Below, piece after piece: positions 48,844 to 62,224 of a stretch of 64,000 bases of DNA. Both the position numbers and the translations under genes were made by a program. Position 1 is the stretch's first letter, and the number at the start of each line of letters is the position of its first letter. The stretch covers positions 41,912,001 through 41,976,000 of the forward strand of contig NC_042998.1 in NCBI RefSeq assembly GCF_006345805.1. The letters run 5' to 3'. Source of the stretch: Octopus sinensis (taxonomy: Eukaryota). The notes under the pieces are model-generated. The model made no database searches. It was not told where the DNA came from and was given only the letters and a program-made list of their open reading frames with translations.

Positions 48844-49485
48844 TTAACATCCGTTTTCCTTGCTAGCAAGGGTTGGACAGTTCGACTGGGGTCTGGAAAG
48901 CCAGGAGGCTGCACCAGGCTCCAGTCTGATCTGGCAGTGTTTATACAGCTGGATGCCCTTCCTAACACCAACCACTCCATGAGTGTAGTGGGTGCTTTTT
49001 ACATGCCACCGGCACGGAAGCAAGTCAAGGTGGCGCTGGCATCGGCCATGTTCGGATGGTGCTTTTTATGTGCCACCAGCATGGGGATCACAACTACAAT
49101 TTCCATTTGATTTTCATTTTGATGTTGATGTACTTGACTTGATAGGTCTCCTCAAGCACAGCATGTTGCTCTATGAGCCAAGGTACTTTTGAATGAGCTG
49201 GGGCTGGTTATGTGAAACTGGTGTAGGATACAGCCGTGAACTCACTTTATTTGTCGGGTCTCTACAGTCACAGCATATCTGTAGAAGTCTCAGTCTTTTG
49301 TCATTGCCTCTGTGAGGCCCAACGTTTGAAGGTCATGCTTCACCACCTCATCCCATGTCTTCCTGGGTCTACCTCTACCCCGGATTCCTTCAACTGTTTG
49401 GGAGTGGCACTTCTTCACACAGCTCTCCTCATCCATCTGTAGTACATGACCATACCATCCCAATAGTCCATATCTCAACTCCTGA
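48801..49485 (-). mobile_element. RTE LINE 3' fragment
   Basis: ORF 49290..49478 GWYGHVLQMDEESCVKKCHSQTVEGIRGRGRPRKTWDEVVKHDL, nearly identical to the 39.7-kb copy; (CAT)n tail on +. Confidence 0.92.
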
Positions 49486-49635
49486 TGAATTGTTGTGGCA
49501 CCATCACAAGATACATTATGTTTTGGACATATTTTAGAATTGGCAGAATCTAATCTGCTACAGGCAGCATTTATAGTTATGTATGTTTGGTTGTAAGAAT
49601 ATATGTATTCAGCTTCATGTGATGTATAGTTTTGT

Positions 49636-49901
49636 GGACATGGAGGTCATGTCCAACTCATCAGATGCTAGAAACAGAGTGAAAATTTTGAGAGAAATTC
49701 AAGTTATCTTCTTGGTGTTAGACTTCTATTGGTCATCTCAGGTCATGTGATATTAATGCTATCAAAGCAACATCAGCTATTTTAACACCATATGACCTGA
49801 GCTAACCAGTAGAGGCCTGATGCCTAGAAACCATCCTGAATTTTTCTCAAAACTCTCAGACTGTTTCTAGCATTGGTGAGATGGATGTGTACTACATGCA
49901 C
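49636..49901. repeat. About 266-bp imperfect fold-back element
   Basis: Arms pair, e.g. ATGCTAGAAACAG/CTGTTTCTAGCAT, TTTTGAGAGAAATTCA/TGAATTTTTCTCAAAA, CTCAGGTCAT/ATGACCTGAG. Confidence 0.78.
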
Positions 49902-50008
49902 ATAAAATTTTAAGTGATATGGCTTAGAATCAAATTGTTATTAAAAATATAACTCCTAGCAAATGTATTGATTGCTATTTTCTTTCATTTCTTCACTCAC
50001 TTGTGTGT

Positions 50009-50056
<48 letters not shown>

Positions 50057-50364
50057 GGAATGTCGAGCATTTGGGGCATTCCTTGTTACACCTCTTGCTA
50101 AAGTCTACTTTCATTTAAATTCTCTTACTCTTTATTAGCTACTTCAGTTAAGTATGGAAGAGAAACACCTTATCTTTCCATTCACAATCTGTTCAGTTCC
50201 ACTGCCATTCACTCTCTCTATTTGTTCTTTGATAGGCTCCTACACTATTTCCACCCTATCTCCTTGACATGACAGTGAACAAATACACTAAGCTCATTAT
50301 CATATAATAACATACATACATACATACATACATACATACATACATACATACATACATACATACA

Positions 50365-50398
<34 letters not shown>

Positions 50399-50480
50399 CA
50401 TACATACATACATACATATGTACCTATATATACACAACATATGAATTTATGTATATACACGAATATATATATGAATATAT

Positions 50481-50945
50481 ATCATCATCATCATTTAATG
50501 TCTCCTTTCCATGCTGGCATGGATTGATCGAAAACTAGTAAGCTGGGGGACTGCACCAGGTTCTGATCTGATTTAGCAAGGTTTCTATGGCTAGATGCCC
50601 TTCCTAATGCCAACCACTCCAAGAGTGTATTGGGTGTTTTTTACTTGCCACCAGCATGGGTGACAATGATCTGATACCAGCATCGGCCACAACTACGGTC
50701 TCACTTGCTTGACTAGTCTACACAAGCACAGTATATCACCAAATGTCTTGGTCACCTATGACTGCCTCCATGGGGTCCAATGCTTGGACAGTGCTTTTTA
50801 TGTGCCACCAGCATAGGTACCAAGACTACAATTTCACTCAGTTTGTTAGGTCTTCACAAGCCCAACATGTTGTCTAATAATTGAAGTCCAACAATGGGTC
50901 AGTTACACAACACTAGCTTTGGCCACAACTATGATCTCACTTGGC
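50481..50945 (-). mobile_element. RTE-type 3' UTR fragment
   Basis: (CAT)n tail plus GATGCCCTTCCTAATGCCAACCACTCC motif shared with the 40.1-kb and 48.96-kb copies. Confidence 0.75.
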
Positions 50946-50988
50946 TTACACACACACACACACACACACATATATGTATATGTGTGTG

Positions 50989-51035
<47 letters not shown>

Positions 51036-53439
51036 TAGATAGACAGGTAGATAGATAAATAGATAGATAATTAATTGTTTGTAGGATTCATTTGAATCAA
51101 GGCATTTTAAAAACAAGGACATCAAGCTAGGGTTGAGATTAGTATAAGCTGTATATATACCTTATACAAACACACACATATACCAATGTGTGTATGGACA
51201 TATCCTAACACATATCCTAATACATGCATATAAACAAATTAATATACACATCCATATAGATATACATATATATGAAATTATACACGCACGCAGGCTCGTA
51301 TGCAGTTTCATGATCCACTGCAAGTTCCAGATCCAACATAGGGAAGTTCCAGGTGTGGTGTTTACATAAAGAAAGAAAATAAGTAGTTTAAGGGTAACTA
51401 CAGCTGTTTCAGGCATGTTTTTTATTAATGAATAAACTGGTTACATCATGTAAAAACCATTTTCTTCAGGTGAATTATAAAAGATATAAAATTCAAAATT
51501 TGGCTTGGAAAATACCAAGATTTTCACATTTGTTTCCAGCCTCCACATTTAGTGCCCATATTTCACTACCATGCAACATTACATTTTGTACACAGCATCC
51601 TGTAATCTACCCTTCACTGTTTGCAAAGGTTAAAGATCCCTGAACTTTTTCTCTCTTCTTATTTCTCTGACTACTATGCCTTCAAAGCACTCTCTCCCAC
51701 TGCTAATTAGGCCACTTAGGTAACAGAAGCTATCAAATATTTCTAGAGAACTGTCTAAAAATTTCTTTTACAAGTGCTATGTTTGCTAACAATTCTTATG
51801 TATTTGCTACATATGAAGTTGTTCTCTGTCAGCCTGAGTGTGATACCACTGTATGTTTTGTGCACCTATAGTTTACATTGGGTACACCATATAGGGATTT
51901 CTTGTGCACCTGTTTACATTGGGTACACTTACCTGCCAACCTACTTATATGCTTACCTACCTGCCTACATACCAATGTATGTATGTACATGTGTACTACA
52001 CATCTACCTACCTACTTAGCTATGTTCTTATGTAGTACATGCATTTTTCTTTTATTCTTTTACTGATTTTAGTCATTGAACTACAGCCATGCAGTGAAAC
52101 ACCTCTAAAAAGTTTATTCAATCATTTATATAAAATAATAATCTGAATCATAGAATTTAATACTTGAATTTGATAGAAATATATCAGTATTTAGAAATAG
52201 TTATATACCAACCTCAAATCATTTCTTATTTGAGTCTGGTAACTTATTCCATTGATATTTATTTGCCAAGCTGCTAAGTTACTGTAGAAAATGAGACACA
52301 ACTACAATAAACCACACCAATTTGTAAGATCAGCTGAAGCAGATCTATAATGCTATATATTTGAATTAATATATTTATATAAAGGGGTGTAGCCTAGTAG
52401 TTAGGGTGTTGGGTTCATGATCATTATGTTGTGGATTCAATTCCACATCTGGGTAGCATCTCATGTCTTTAAGCAAGGCACAGCATTTCATGTTGCTTCA
52501 GTCTATGTTGCTGACTCAGGCCTCTCTCCCTTCAACTGTCACATCTTCCAAGTTTTGCTAGATCAAAGGTGGGAGAGACAAATGGACGACTCACAACTAC
52601 ACAGGCACCTAAAATAATTAAGGAAATCATAGAATAAGCTACCAGGTCATACTTACTTGTAAATGAAAGCTAAGCATCCACACACACACATACACACACA
52701 CACACACACACACAACCACAATTTGAATACAATACACAGTCTTTTTCTTATTTTTAAATCTAAAAATGAGGAGCTGTATGACCTGAAGTTATACCTACTG
52801 CCCAAGCTAACTGATTAATAACTAAGACTTTGAATTACAGTACTACTGTTATTTGTTGCTACATAGTGATAATATATTAAGTATTCATAGTATTTCACAA
52901 GTATGCATTCAAGATACCTGTTGCACAATGCTGATACCTGTTGCATAATGGTTACAAACAATGGTCCACAGTAAAGTTGACTGCATTATAGATTGTATCG
53001 ATCAATGTCTAACTAAATACATAAAAATTTCTTTGTGTATTTTTGATATGAAATAATCAGAAAATAAAATAGACATTGGTAGCAACAGAATACTACTTTT
53101 TCATTTTTATCATGACAGAAATTCACATTAAGATATGTGTGACTTCATACTATACATAGATACTGCCTATGTCATTATCAGTGTCAACACAATTTACGTC
53201 CCACGAAATTACATTTGTAGGAAACAAATATTGAAATACTGGAGTGGTTTAAAATGTTTTAATCAAATGTGAGTTTTAACAATACTGTAATAACAAGCAA
53301 TGATGTTAAGTAATGACATTAAGCACATTTTAGCAAATTGATCATTTTCAGTTTTGGTTAGATTTTCCATTTGCCAAATTCAATTAAAGCTTAGACATTT
53401 ATTTTCAATGCACATGCACAACTGTTGTTCATAAATTTA

Positions 53440-54230
53440 ACAGTTTATGTTTCTAATAGTGGTGGTGGTTTACCGTTTTTTAAAAGTGAGGAAATCTGCT
53501 TCACTATTGTCTGTGCCAATGATAGATGCCGTGACATCATTGTCTACATTGTCAGTGTCATTGTCTTGATCACCTTCAATATCATTGTCATCTACAGTCA
53601 TTTTAATCTCGTTCTTCAATAAGGGTGTCATCTTCATTGCTATCCAGTGCATTTGTAATGCTGCATTCTTTGAAAGACTTTGCTATATTGGTTTCAGAAC
53701 TCTTCCAGGCTTCTTGTATCCATGTTACAAAAGCAAGAGCCTTGGTCAATAAATGTAGCTTCTCAGAATGGTGTGCTTGTGCCCATCTGCCAGTTACAAG
53801 TTCTACATGATGTGAACATGCAACTTGAATAGATCATTCATACTGATGTAGAAAGATGGCCATCCTACCAAAAATGAGTCTTCATGGACTTCAATTCCTG
53901 TTGTACATCACACTCACTATCAATAGAATCTAAAAGCACTGAGTACAATAAGGATGGCTGTTTTACCAGGTTGTATAGATATCTCCCTAACATTGTTTTG
54001 ATCCAGTTATTTGTTGTATCTGCATCAAATCATTCCTTCTTGTGCTAAAAACACTACAAATATCACAATGGCACCCCAGCTGCATCAGGAGTTCAGGGTC
54101 CAAGACAAGGCAAAACAATATGTATACGTATATGTTTACATGTGTGTTTCTGAATACCCAAGGATCAAGTTTCACTCCATCATTACTTTTTACAAACTGA
54201 GCAACCTCAGATGACCATATGTTCTAATCA
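53440..54230 (-). mobile_element. Decayed pogo/Tigger-like transposase
   Basis: Minus translation WIQEAWKSSETNIAKSFKECSITNALDSNEDDTLIE resembles the DDE_1 C-terminus W..AW...I..SF..CGI.NALDG.EDD, followed by an acidic tail. Confidence 0.62.
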
Positions 54231-54619
54231 ATTTATGAAGAATAACTCATTTTTGCATTTGAAAAACAATCCAATTTAATGTTTTGGAAACAGTGCTCTT
54301 TATGGACTTTTTCTTCTCTCTTATTGTACTGAGGTAAAATTGTATTTCCTTGTGTGGTGCTTTTAATTGTTTTTTTTTTTAGTTTCATGTTGATTAGTGT
54401 TAAATATTCTGTAGTTGATCTGTTTGTTGTCAGCCACTGAATTCAGATTACATTTGTGTGTGCATGCGTGTGTACATGCGTGCGTGCATGAGAGAGAGGA
54501 AGAAAGGTTATCTTTACATTGGAAACCTAACCTGAATGTCTAGAGCAGAGCAGACTCTGCTAAAAGCATCTAAGGCCCAGATTATTGTGCTAAGCCATGC
54601 AAAGGATTAAGTCTACAAC

Positions 54620-55005
54620 AAGTATAACCTATCCATTGGACTTCTTTACAGTTTCTGCATACCCTATTTCACTTACAAGTCTTGAATTGATCCAGGGTTA
54701 TGACAGAAGACACTTATCTAATGTGCTGTGCACAGGGATCAAACTCAGAACCACATGGTTGCAAAGTAAACTTCTCAACCACAGAACCATATGTAGACTC
54801 CTGATTTGAGTACTGTGTCAAAAGAAGTAATTATGTGGCTGTGTGGAAAGAAGTTTGCATCCCAACCACATGGTTCTGGGTTCAGTCCCACTGTGTGACA
54901 CCATAGGTAAGTGTTTTCTACTATAGCCTTGGGCTAACCAAAACCTTGTGAGTGGATATGATATACAGAAACTGAAAGAAGCCCACTGTATATATATGTA
55001 TGTAT
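54620..55005. mobile_element. Head-to-head inverted pair of family A SINEs
   Basis: Minus copy about 54620-54800 and plus copy about 54836-55005, about 35 bp apart. Confidence 0.75.
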
Positions 55006-55039
55006 CATCAGGTGACTTTGAGGACTTTGTATGGATATT

Positions 55040-56080
55040 ATTGGTGAAATGTGTCTAGCTTCTTGGTCACCTTTGCTAATATATCCCCTGTTTTATTGCC
55101 TTACAAAACTGTTTGCAGAACTATTACACTATATAACTTGACTTTGCAGTGGGGCATCGTTTCCCATTCAAACTGCTCTAGCACTTGGAATGTCATCCTC
55201 ACTGTATGTGGCACACCTTTCATCTTGAAACCAAAGATAGTTGTTTTTTAATCTAGTGCTGACTTAAGCTGCTCAAGCTGTTCGCAGTAGATCTCCTTTG
55301 TTATTATTTGGTTTGGGTTTAAAAGTTTAAAGTGGACTAAACCTTTCATATCTCACCAAACAGATAACAACACCTTATGTTGGTGAAGACCTTCTTTAGC
55401 CTGGGGTGCCAGTGTTTCTCCTTTCCCTACCTACTATCTTCGGCACTTGACATTTTTATAGCAAACTCATTTCTTGTCACCAGTCGCTATTTGGTCCAAA
55501 AAAGGTTCATTTGTGAGACATGACAGCAAAGAACACGCATTCACTCTCTATGTGTGATTAGACTCGGGAAGTTTGTGAGGAACTCATTGACCCAATTTGC
55601 TGGCTTTTCTGATGGTACAATGAATGGTTGAATGACCAAATCCAAGCTCCTCTATTAGTTCCACAACAGTTACAATGGGATTTTGTTCCACCAGGGTTTG
55701 CAGAATGTCCTCATTGAGCTCTACAGATCTTCCAGGCTCATCTTCTAGGCTGTAGTTTCCAGCTTGGAATTTCTGGAACCGCTGTTGATACTGGTTTATG
55801 CTTATTGTCTGATCCCCATATACTGCATTAATATTCTTTGTGCTTTCCATTGCATTGTTGCCTTTATTGAACTCATAAAACAAAAATATGCTGAATATGC
55901 TCCTTTGTCACTTCCATTATAGCTTTGCAAAAATAACTGTTAAATTGAACTGCATTCTTCAAAACTTGCACTATGAATAAGGACAAGGCAAAATTACTAC
56001 CTGCTTTTATAGCAAGTTGATACAGACTTTTAGTTCATACAATTGAAAAAACTGCATTATTTATAGGATGACCCAATATA
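55040..56080 (-). mobile_element. Decayed mariner transposon lacking the 3' end
   Basis: 5' TIR TA-TATTGGGTCATCCTATAAATAATGCAGTTTTT; HTH ORF 55584..55883; (W)VPHKL, ATGDKK(W), HKVLLSVW.DMKG motifs with stops. Confidence 0.87.
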
Positions 56081-57244
56081 TGCTTGGATCTCCTGGAAAT
56101 CTATTATATTAATTTTATTAAAAAGAGGTACAGGAGAACTTGGTTTAATTTTTAAAGCCAAGAGATATTTCATCTACATGTAGCTGGTAATGCTCTAAAA
56201 GCCACAAAATATAGAGGTTTAAGTGTACTTTGCTTTATAGTAACAATCCAACCTTTCTTTACTCTCCCATTATAAATTTTAATTTTAAGAGCAGTGACTG
56301 GCAAAATTGATAGAACATTGACAAAATCCAATAAATATTTTAGTTTGTCTTCTTACATTCTGACTTCAAATCCCACCATAGCTGACTTTGCAATTCATCC
56401 TCACAAGGCTGATAACACAAGTACTAGTAGTAATGTAATACTTCAATTGTTTACATCACCCCTATAAAAAGTGGTCTTGTGCCTGTATTAGAAATTATTA
56501 TTAATTTTAATTATTACAAATAATATTTCAGAAGAAGGTACTAAATTTGAAGAAATTTTAGAAATTCTACTTGTATGTATATCTATATTTACCAATGAAT
56601 CAAATTTTGATGTCTATATTGGCAAGATAACTAAATTATCTAAGTTAACCTAAAATATTCAATTTTAATTGTTTGAATTTCTAGGCTGCCTTATTTAATT
56701 TATCTTTTATAAGTATTAATTTTTGTCCTGATATCACTTTCTAAAATCATTTTTTTGTGAAATATACATTGCAAGAAAAGTGGTTTAGAGCTTCCTTTGG
56801 CTATTTAATTGCAAGCTTAAAGATGTATCATTTTAATTTTTTTTAATTCCTGTGCTATGAAGCTTGACATGTAAAGGAGACGATGTAGACAATTTGAACA
56901 TCAATTGTAGGGTGTTGTTATGCTTAGAGTCTTACAACTGTTGTTAATACCATTCTTTTCATTCTGCTGTACCAATAGTGTATAAGTAATATATTCAAAG
57001 GGATAGTCAAATGTACGCAGAATAAAAACAGCATCACTAAAAGAAAACCATAATGATATATTAAATTGCTATTTTCTTTATCGTAGCTTTCTTTACTTCA
57101 AGGAAGCTTGTTAGAGAATATATTGCTGAATATGGTTACTGAAGGGTATCTTTTGACTTTGTTTTAAACATTTTTATTGGTTCCAGCCACTGGGGTATGG
57201 CTACATGATGGCCGAAGTTTTTTTTCTTTGATATTGTATCGTGA

Positions 57245-57630
57245 ATGCCACTGAGAGCTTTAAGCGATATTTTACTACAGATGTTGCAGTTTCTTCTCGA
57301 AGAGAGGGATTTGAAAGGAACCATCTATTTACAAATGGTTTATAGTCTAAGACAGAGTGAACAATTCTTGTCTAAAGGTATACAAAATCAAATCCATTAT
57401 CACTGTATGTGACTGTCCTTCGCAGTTGTTGGCTGGTGTTCCCAAAACCTGCAGAAGTACTTACTGTACCTTTCATTGACAGGTGCATGCCAGGTTTGTT
57501 CACAAGTACTTAAAGGTGAGTAGATATGATATTTTCTCTGCACCTATTCATTTTCATTTCTTTTTTTTTTCCATTAGATAGCTTCTGTTTTGTAACTGGC
57601 ACTAAAGCCCATTTGTAATATGCACACACA

Positions 57631-57716
<86 letters not shown>

Positions 57717-58376
57717 ATATATGTGTGTGTGTGTACATGTGTATATTTGTGTGTGTGTATATATATGTATATACACACACACATACAGTTGTATATATGT
57801 ATATCTATACATATGTATACCTGAATATGCATATTTTTATCTTTGTGTCTATATATGTGTGTATGTTTATATATTAGTTATATAGCCAATCAGACACACA
57901 AAAATGTAGACAACACACACACATATGTGGATAAATACACACAAATATACACATATGCACACAAATGTGTACAAATGTGTATGCTTGTGTAAATTAGGCT
58001 CAAAATGTAGTTGTATAATTTGAAATTAGTATAATAAGGAAAATTTAAAATCTTTTTAATTTGCTAAGAACTCTTTTCCCTTTACATAGCTCTAAAATCC
58101 TCCAAAAGTTTTAAAATTAGGTATACATATATATAATGATAATGATAACACTGCCAGCCAGTTTAAAAAAGGTTTTCCAACAATTTTATCTCTCAAGGAT
58201 TACATGATGTTTTCTTCATCACACCTTCAAGCAGAAGACAAATCTATGTAGCAAATATTTCATGGTGGCAAACACAAAATCTTTTTGTTAAGGGACTTCA
58301 GTTTTTATTCATAATTGTCAATGTTCTTGGATATACTGAAGAAACACTGAAGTTCTCTAAAAGAGAATGGAAATGA
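57245..58376 (+). CDS. Hypothetical 3-exon ORF of unknown product (114 or 133 aa)
   Basis: 57245-57377 (AAG|gtatac), 57483- or 57426-57515 (AAG|gtgagt), 58198-58376; both introns phase 1 and the frame is open throughout; no motif recognised. Confidence 0.22.
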
Positions 58377-58900
58377 CTAAAATGCATCTGCCTAAATTAA
58401 ATCTGAAGTCAAATGGCAAAATATCCATAAAATATTTAAAATATTTTCAATTTTAATCAATATCAATTACAGTGCCATTTGTATGCACAAGTGAAAAATA
58501 ATAATAATAACCTGCACACATGAGTCTAAATATTATTCAGGCTTGACAAAATATCATGTCTATTTTCTTAGTGGTTTGTTATTTTTCTGTTACAAATGAA
58601 AATATTTTAAAATCATTAATATAAAAGTAATAGCTACATACCTAAACTCTCAATGCCAATCTGTCGCTAAGACATGAAATAGCCTCTTTAATCTTATGAC
58701 CAATGGCATTCTTGCAGAAGCCATTCTATATTTTATATTGGGTAGAGTGTATCCAGGATTACATAATGTAATGTACCCATTTTTAAGAGGATATAATGTA
58801 ATTAAAAAATTTTCTTGTATTTTTAGTATGTAAATCATCTATGTTGGGGTTAACTTTTTGGGTTGATATAAAAATAGTTATTGTTGGTAGTTAACTTCAG

Positions 58901-58969
58901 TAAACTGCATTTGACCAGATTTGCAACATGGAAGCTGCTGAAAGGTTATTTGGAAGCACATAAAAGGTG
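58901..58969 (+). other. Candidate symmetric exon KLHLTRFATWKLLKGYLEAHKR (phase 2-2)
   Basis: aacttcag| or in-frame gaccag| (58919) acceptor; GTG|gtaagt donor; one open frame. Confidence 0.28.
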
Positions 58970-59759
58970 GTAAGTTAGATATAAACTAAATTTTTAAAAC
59001 CATTTACACCTGCTTATACTAAATTTATTGATCTGAAGAGATGAACTGTTAGCAAGATTTAAGCACAGAAAATAATCTACTCAAATTACTTTTAAATTGT
59101 TTGTCTAGCTCAGAAATTTTTATTATTTCTCTTCCACTTTAACTTGCAATTAAATAGTTGATAATTTGGTGTAATTGCAATCAAATGATGTCGGTAAAAG
59201 AATATCTGGCATTTTGAAACAACAAATAATGTTTCATGAAAAATATACTATGTATTAATGTTACATAAGTACTAGATAATAACCAAATATTCTGGGTTGT
59301 TAGTTGTTTTCAACAAAGTACAGCGATAGAAGGAAAATACTATTTGAAATTATAGTTTGAGACCTTATTTTTTACTTACAGTTCAATAAATATGCAGCTT
59401 GAGTGAGAAATGCTTTTAACAGTTGTATATCTGATATGTTTATGTCGTTGAGTGTGATTTTAGTTTGTATTCCATGGCAGAATTGGTATGAGTTACTAAA
59501 ATGTGCTTAAGCACAATTATTTCCGAAGTCTAGGTGTTATGTATTGCTTGGTTTTCATAGAAATGGATTTGAGCTTGGCATTTTAAGGTAGCAAAACATG
59601 TTAGTTATACCATGCCATTGATGCATTAGGTACCTATTTAGGTGATAGTTGATTCTATTTGATCTTAGGAAATATCAGAAACGATTAGGAATTTAAAAAA
59701 TGCAAAGACCATGAACTCTTCAGCCTTAAAAAAAAGCTAAATTTAAAAAATTTTCTCAA

Positions 59760-60060
59760 CTTTCACAATTTATGAGGATCTTTCTTGGGGACTACACATC
59801 TTCGATATTGTAAAATCTGCAACTCCAAATCTAGGCTTCTCTGCTTTTTTATTATAAATCATTTCAACCCTGAGAAGTTGCTGATCCTCAGCAAGATATA
59901 GCACCATCTATAATTGGAAACTGCTCACATATTTAGAACACTTCTACACAGATACATTCTGGACTGTATCTAATAAAAAAAGAAAAAAAAGAGCTATCTT
60001 GCTGATTTGCAAAGTTTTCACTCACTAATATATTACAAGCAATAACCACCAAATGTGCAG
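59760..60060 (+). mobile_element. Highly decayed CR1/Jockey-like 3' remnant
   Basis: Loose resemblance to 6800-7050 (IGNCSHI, LDCI, KK segments). Confidence 0.35.
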
Positions 60061-60392
60061 TTTCCTCTCTCTCTCTCTCTCTCTCTTGCTGCTGCTGCTA
60101 CATCTACTACTGTACCTCAAAACCCATCAAGATGCTCACCATTAATGCACTCATTCTCTTACTCCCTTTGTCTTAACACTGATAACCTGCAAAATCTGCA
60201 CTAAAACTTTGCCTTTATTCTCAGACTTGCAGTCCTTTGGAAAATCTGCTTAGCCTACATGTTTTTCTACAGGTATCATTCAACAGAACTGGATATTAAT
60301 AACATAATATTTACAATATTATTAGAATTAAAGAAAATAATTCATATTTAGATTTTTTTTTTGTGGTAATTGCACAGTTTGGAGCAAAACCA

Positions 60393-61175
60393 ATAAGTAT
60401 CCAATAAGGTAAACATATTGCACTTAAGTTGCCACTTACAAAAGTTATCATTTCAGAACTCTTACTTTTATTTTTTTTTTAACAATAAAGGTAGCTTTTA
60501 AAGAGGAATTTTATTTAGTTTTAATTTCATTAAGTTGAAGACAAAAAAACCTCTGATAAAACCTTATTTTCAAACATAAGTTGTAAGCAGAATTAAAATT
60601 TAAAACATAATAAATTTATAATTTCAGATGTTTTTAGTGGAAAAATTTTTCATTCATGTAATTAATGTTATTATTATTGGGTTTCTATAAATCATAATGT
60701 TCAAAGTATTGAAATAGCTTTCTTTAATCTCTGTTGGCCAAAATTTTCAAGTTTTCTCTAAACTGAAGTGTCATAAAATATGATAAGTATCCAATAAGGT
60801 AAACATATTGCACTTAAGTTGCCACTTACAAAAGTTATCATTTCAGAACTCTTACTTTTATTTTTTTTTTAACAATAAAGGTAGCTTTTAAAGAGGAATT
60901 TTATTTAGTTTTAATTTCATTAAGTTGAAGACAAAAAAACCCCTGATAAAACCTTATTTTCAAACATAAGTTGTAAGCAGAATTAAAATTTAAAACATAA
61001 TAAATGTATAATTTCAGATGTTTTTAGTGGAAAAATTTTTCATTCATGTAATCAATGTTATTATTATTGGGTTTCTATAAATCATAATGTTCAAAGTATT
61101 GAAATAGCTCTCTTTAATCTCTGTTGGCCAAAATTTTCAAGTTTTCTCTAAACTGAAGTGTCATAAAATATGATA
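60393..61175. repeat. Direct tandem duplication, period 390 bp
   Basis: 60393-60782 vs 60783-61172: 4 substitutions, no indels; 3-bp ATA microhomology at the junction. Confidence 0.97.
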
Positions 61176-61435
61176 GTGTGATGTAAATAACAATACATTA
61201 GAATATTAAAGTTAACTTCATTCCTAATTATATGCTAAACTTCCTTTGTACAATCTATTATATAATCTTGATATTTATGCATTTTATTAGCAGTCTCGTG
61301 ACTTGAAATCTTGATATTTTTAGAATAATCAGCATTCCTATAATTATCGTGGATTTTCTGCAAAAAAAAAATACAGAAAATACTTTTTAAAATCTTATTC
61401 TTCTAATTTTTGTCAATACAATTCAACACACTCTC

Positions 61436-61878
<443 letters not shown>

Positions 61879-62060
61879 GTTGAAAATTACAGAAAAACAA
61901 AAGATGAAGACGGGTATGAACAACAAGCAAGTGTATTAGTTTGACGCTTGGGAAAGTGACAAAATTTTTTACATTTCGAGCCTATGCTCTTCAACAGAAA
62001 GGAATAAGAGGAAATAAACAGAGAGAATAAAAAACTTGTGGATTTAGCAATCAATCTTGG
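61879..62060 (-). mobile_element. Probable Penelope-like terminal fragment with a minimal hammerhead-like motif (61967-62002)
   Basis: Minus strand CCTTT-CTGTTGA-A-GAGC(ATAG)GCTC-GAAA-TGTA-AAA; abuts (TA)n; Penelope assignment is inference. Confidence 0.5.
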
Positions 62061-62073
62061 CAACTGTATATTG

Positions 62074-62108
<35 letters not shown>

Positions 62109-62224
62109 CTACATATATATACATGCATGAAATCAAATGTATTAATGTGTGTGTGTGTGTGTGTGTATAAATATATCTATATGCATATATATATATATAA
62201 ATCTAGCTTCATAAGATGCTATTG

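Noticed and set aside
49625-49670. Hammerhead-like CTGATGA-stem-AAAA on the minus strand
   Set aside because: GAAA is AAAA, stems I and III do not form, and the opposite arm of the same fold-back lacks the core
57206-57377. Minus-strand frame [14 protein letters not shown] as a Helitron/Pif1 helicase motif
   Set aside because: Resemblance to FP.RLAFAMTINKSQG is too weak and no other helicase motifs are nearby
60415-60440. TATTGCACTT, a miR-92 family 5' end, inside the 390-bp duplication
   Set aside because: Sequence diverges after 10 nt and there is no pairing arm upstream
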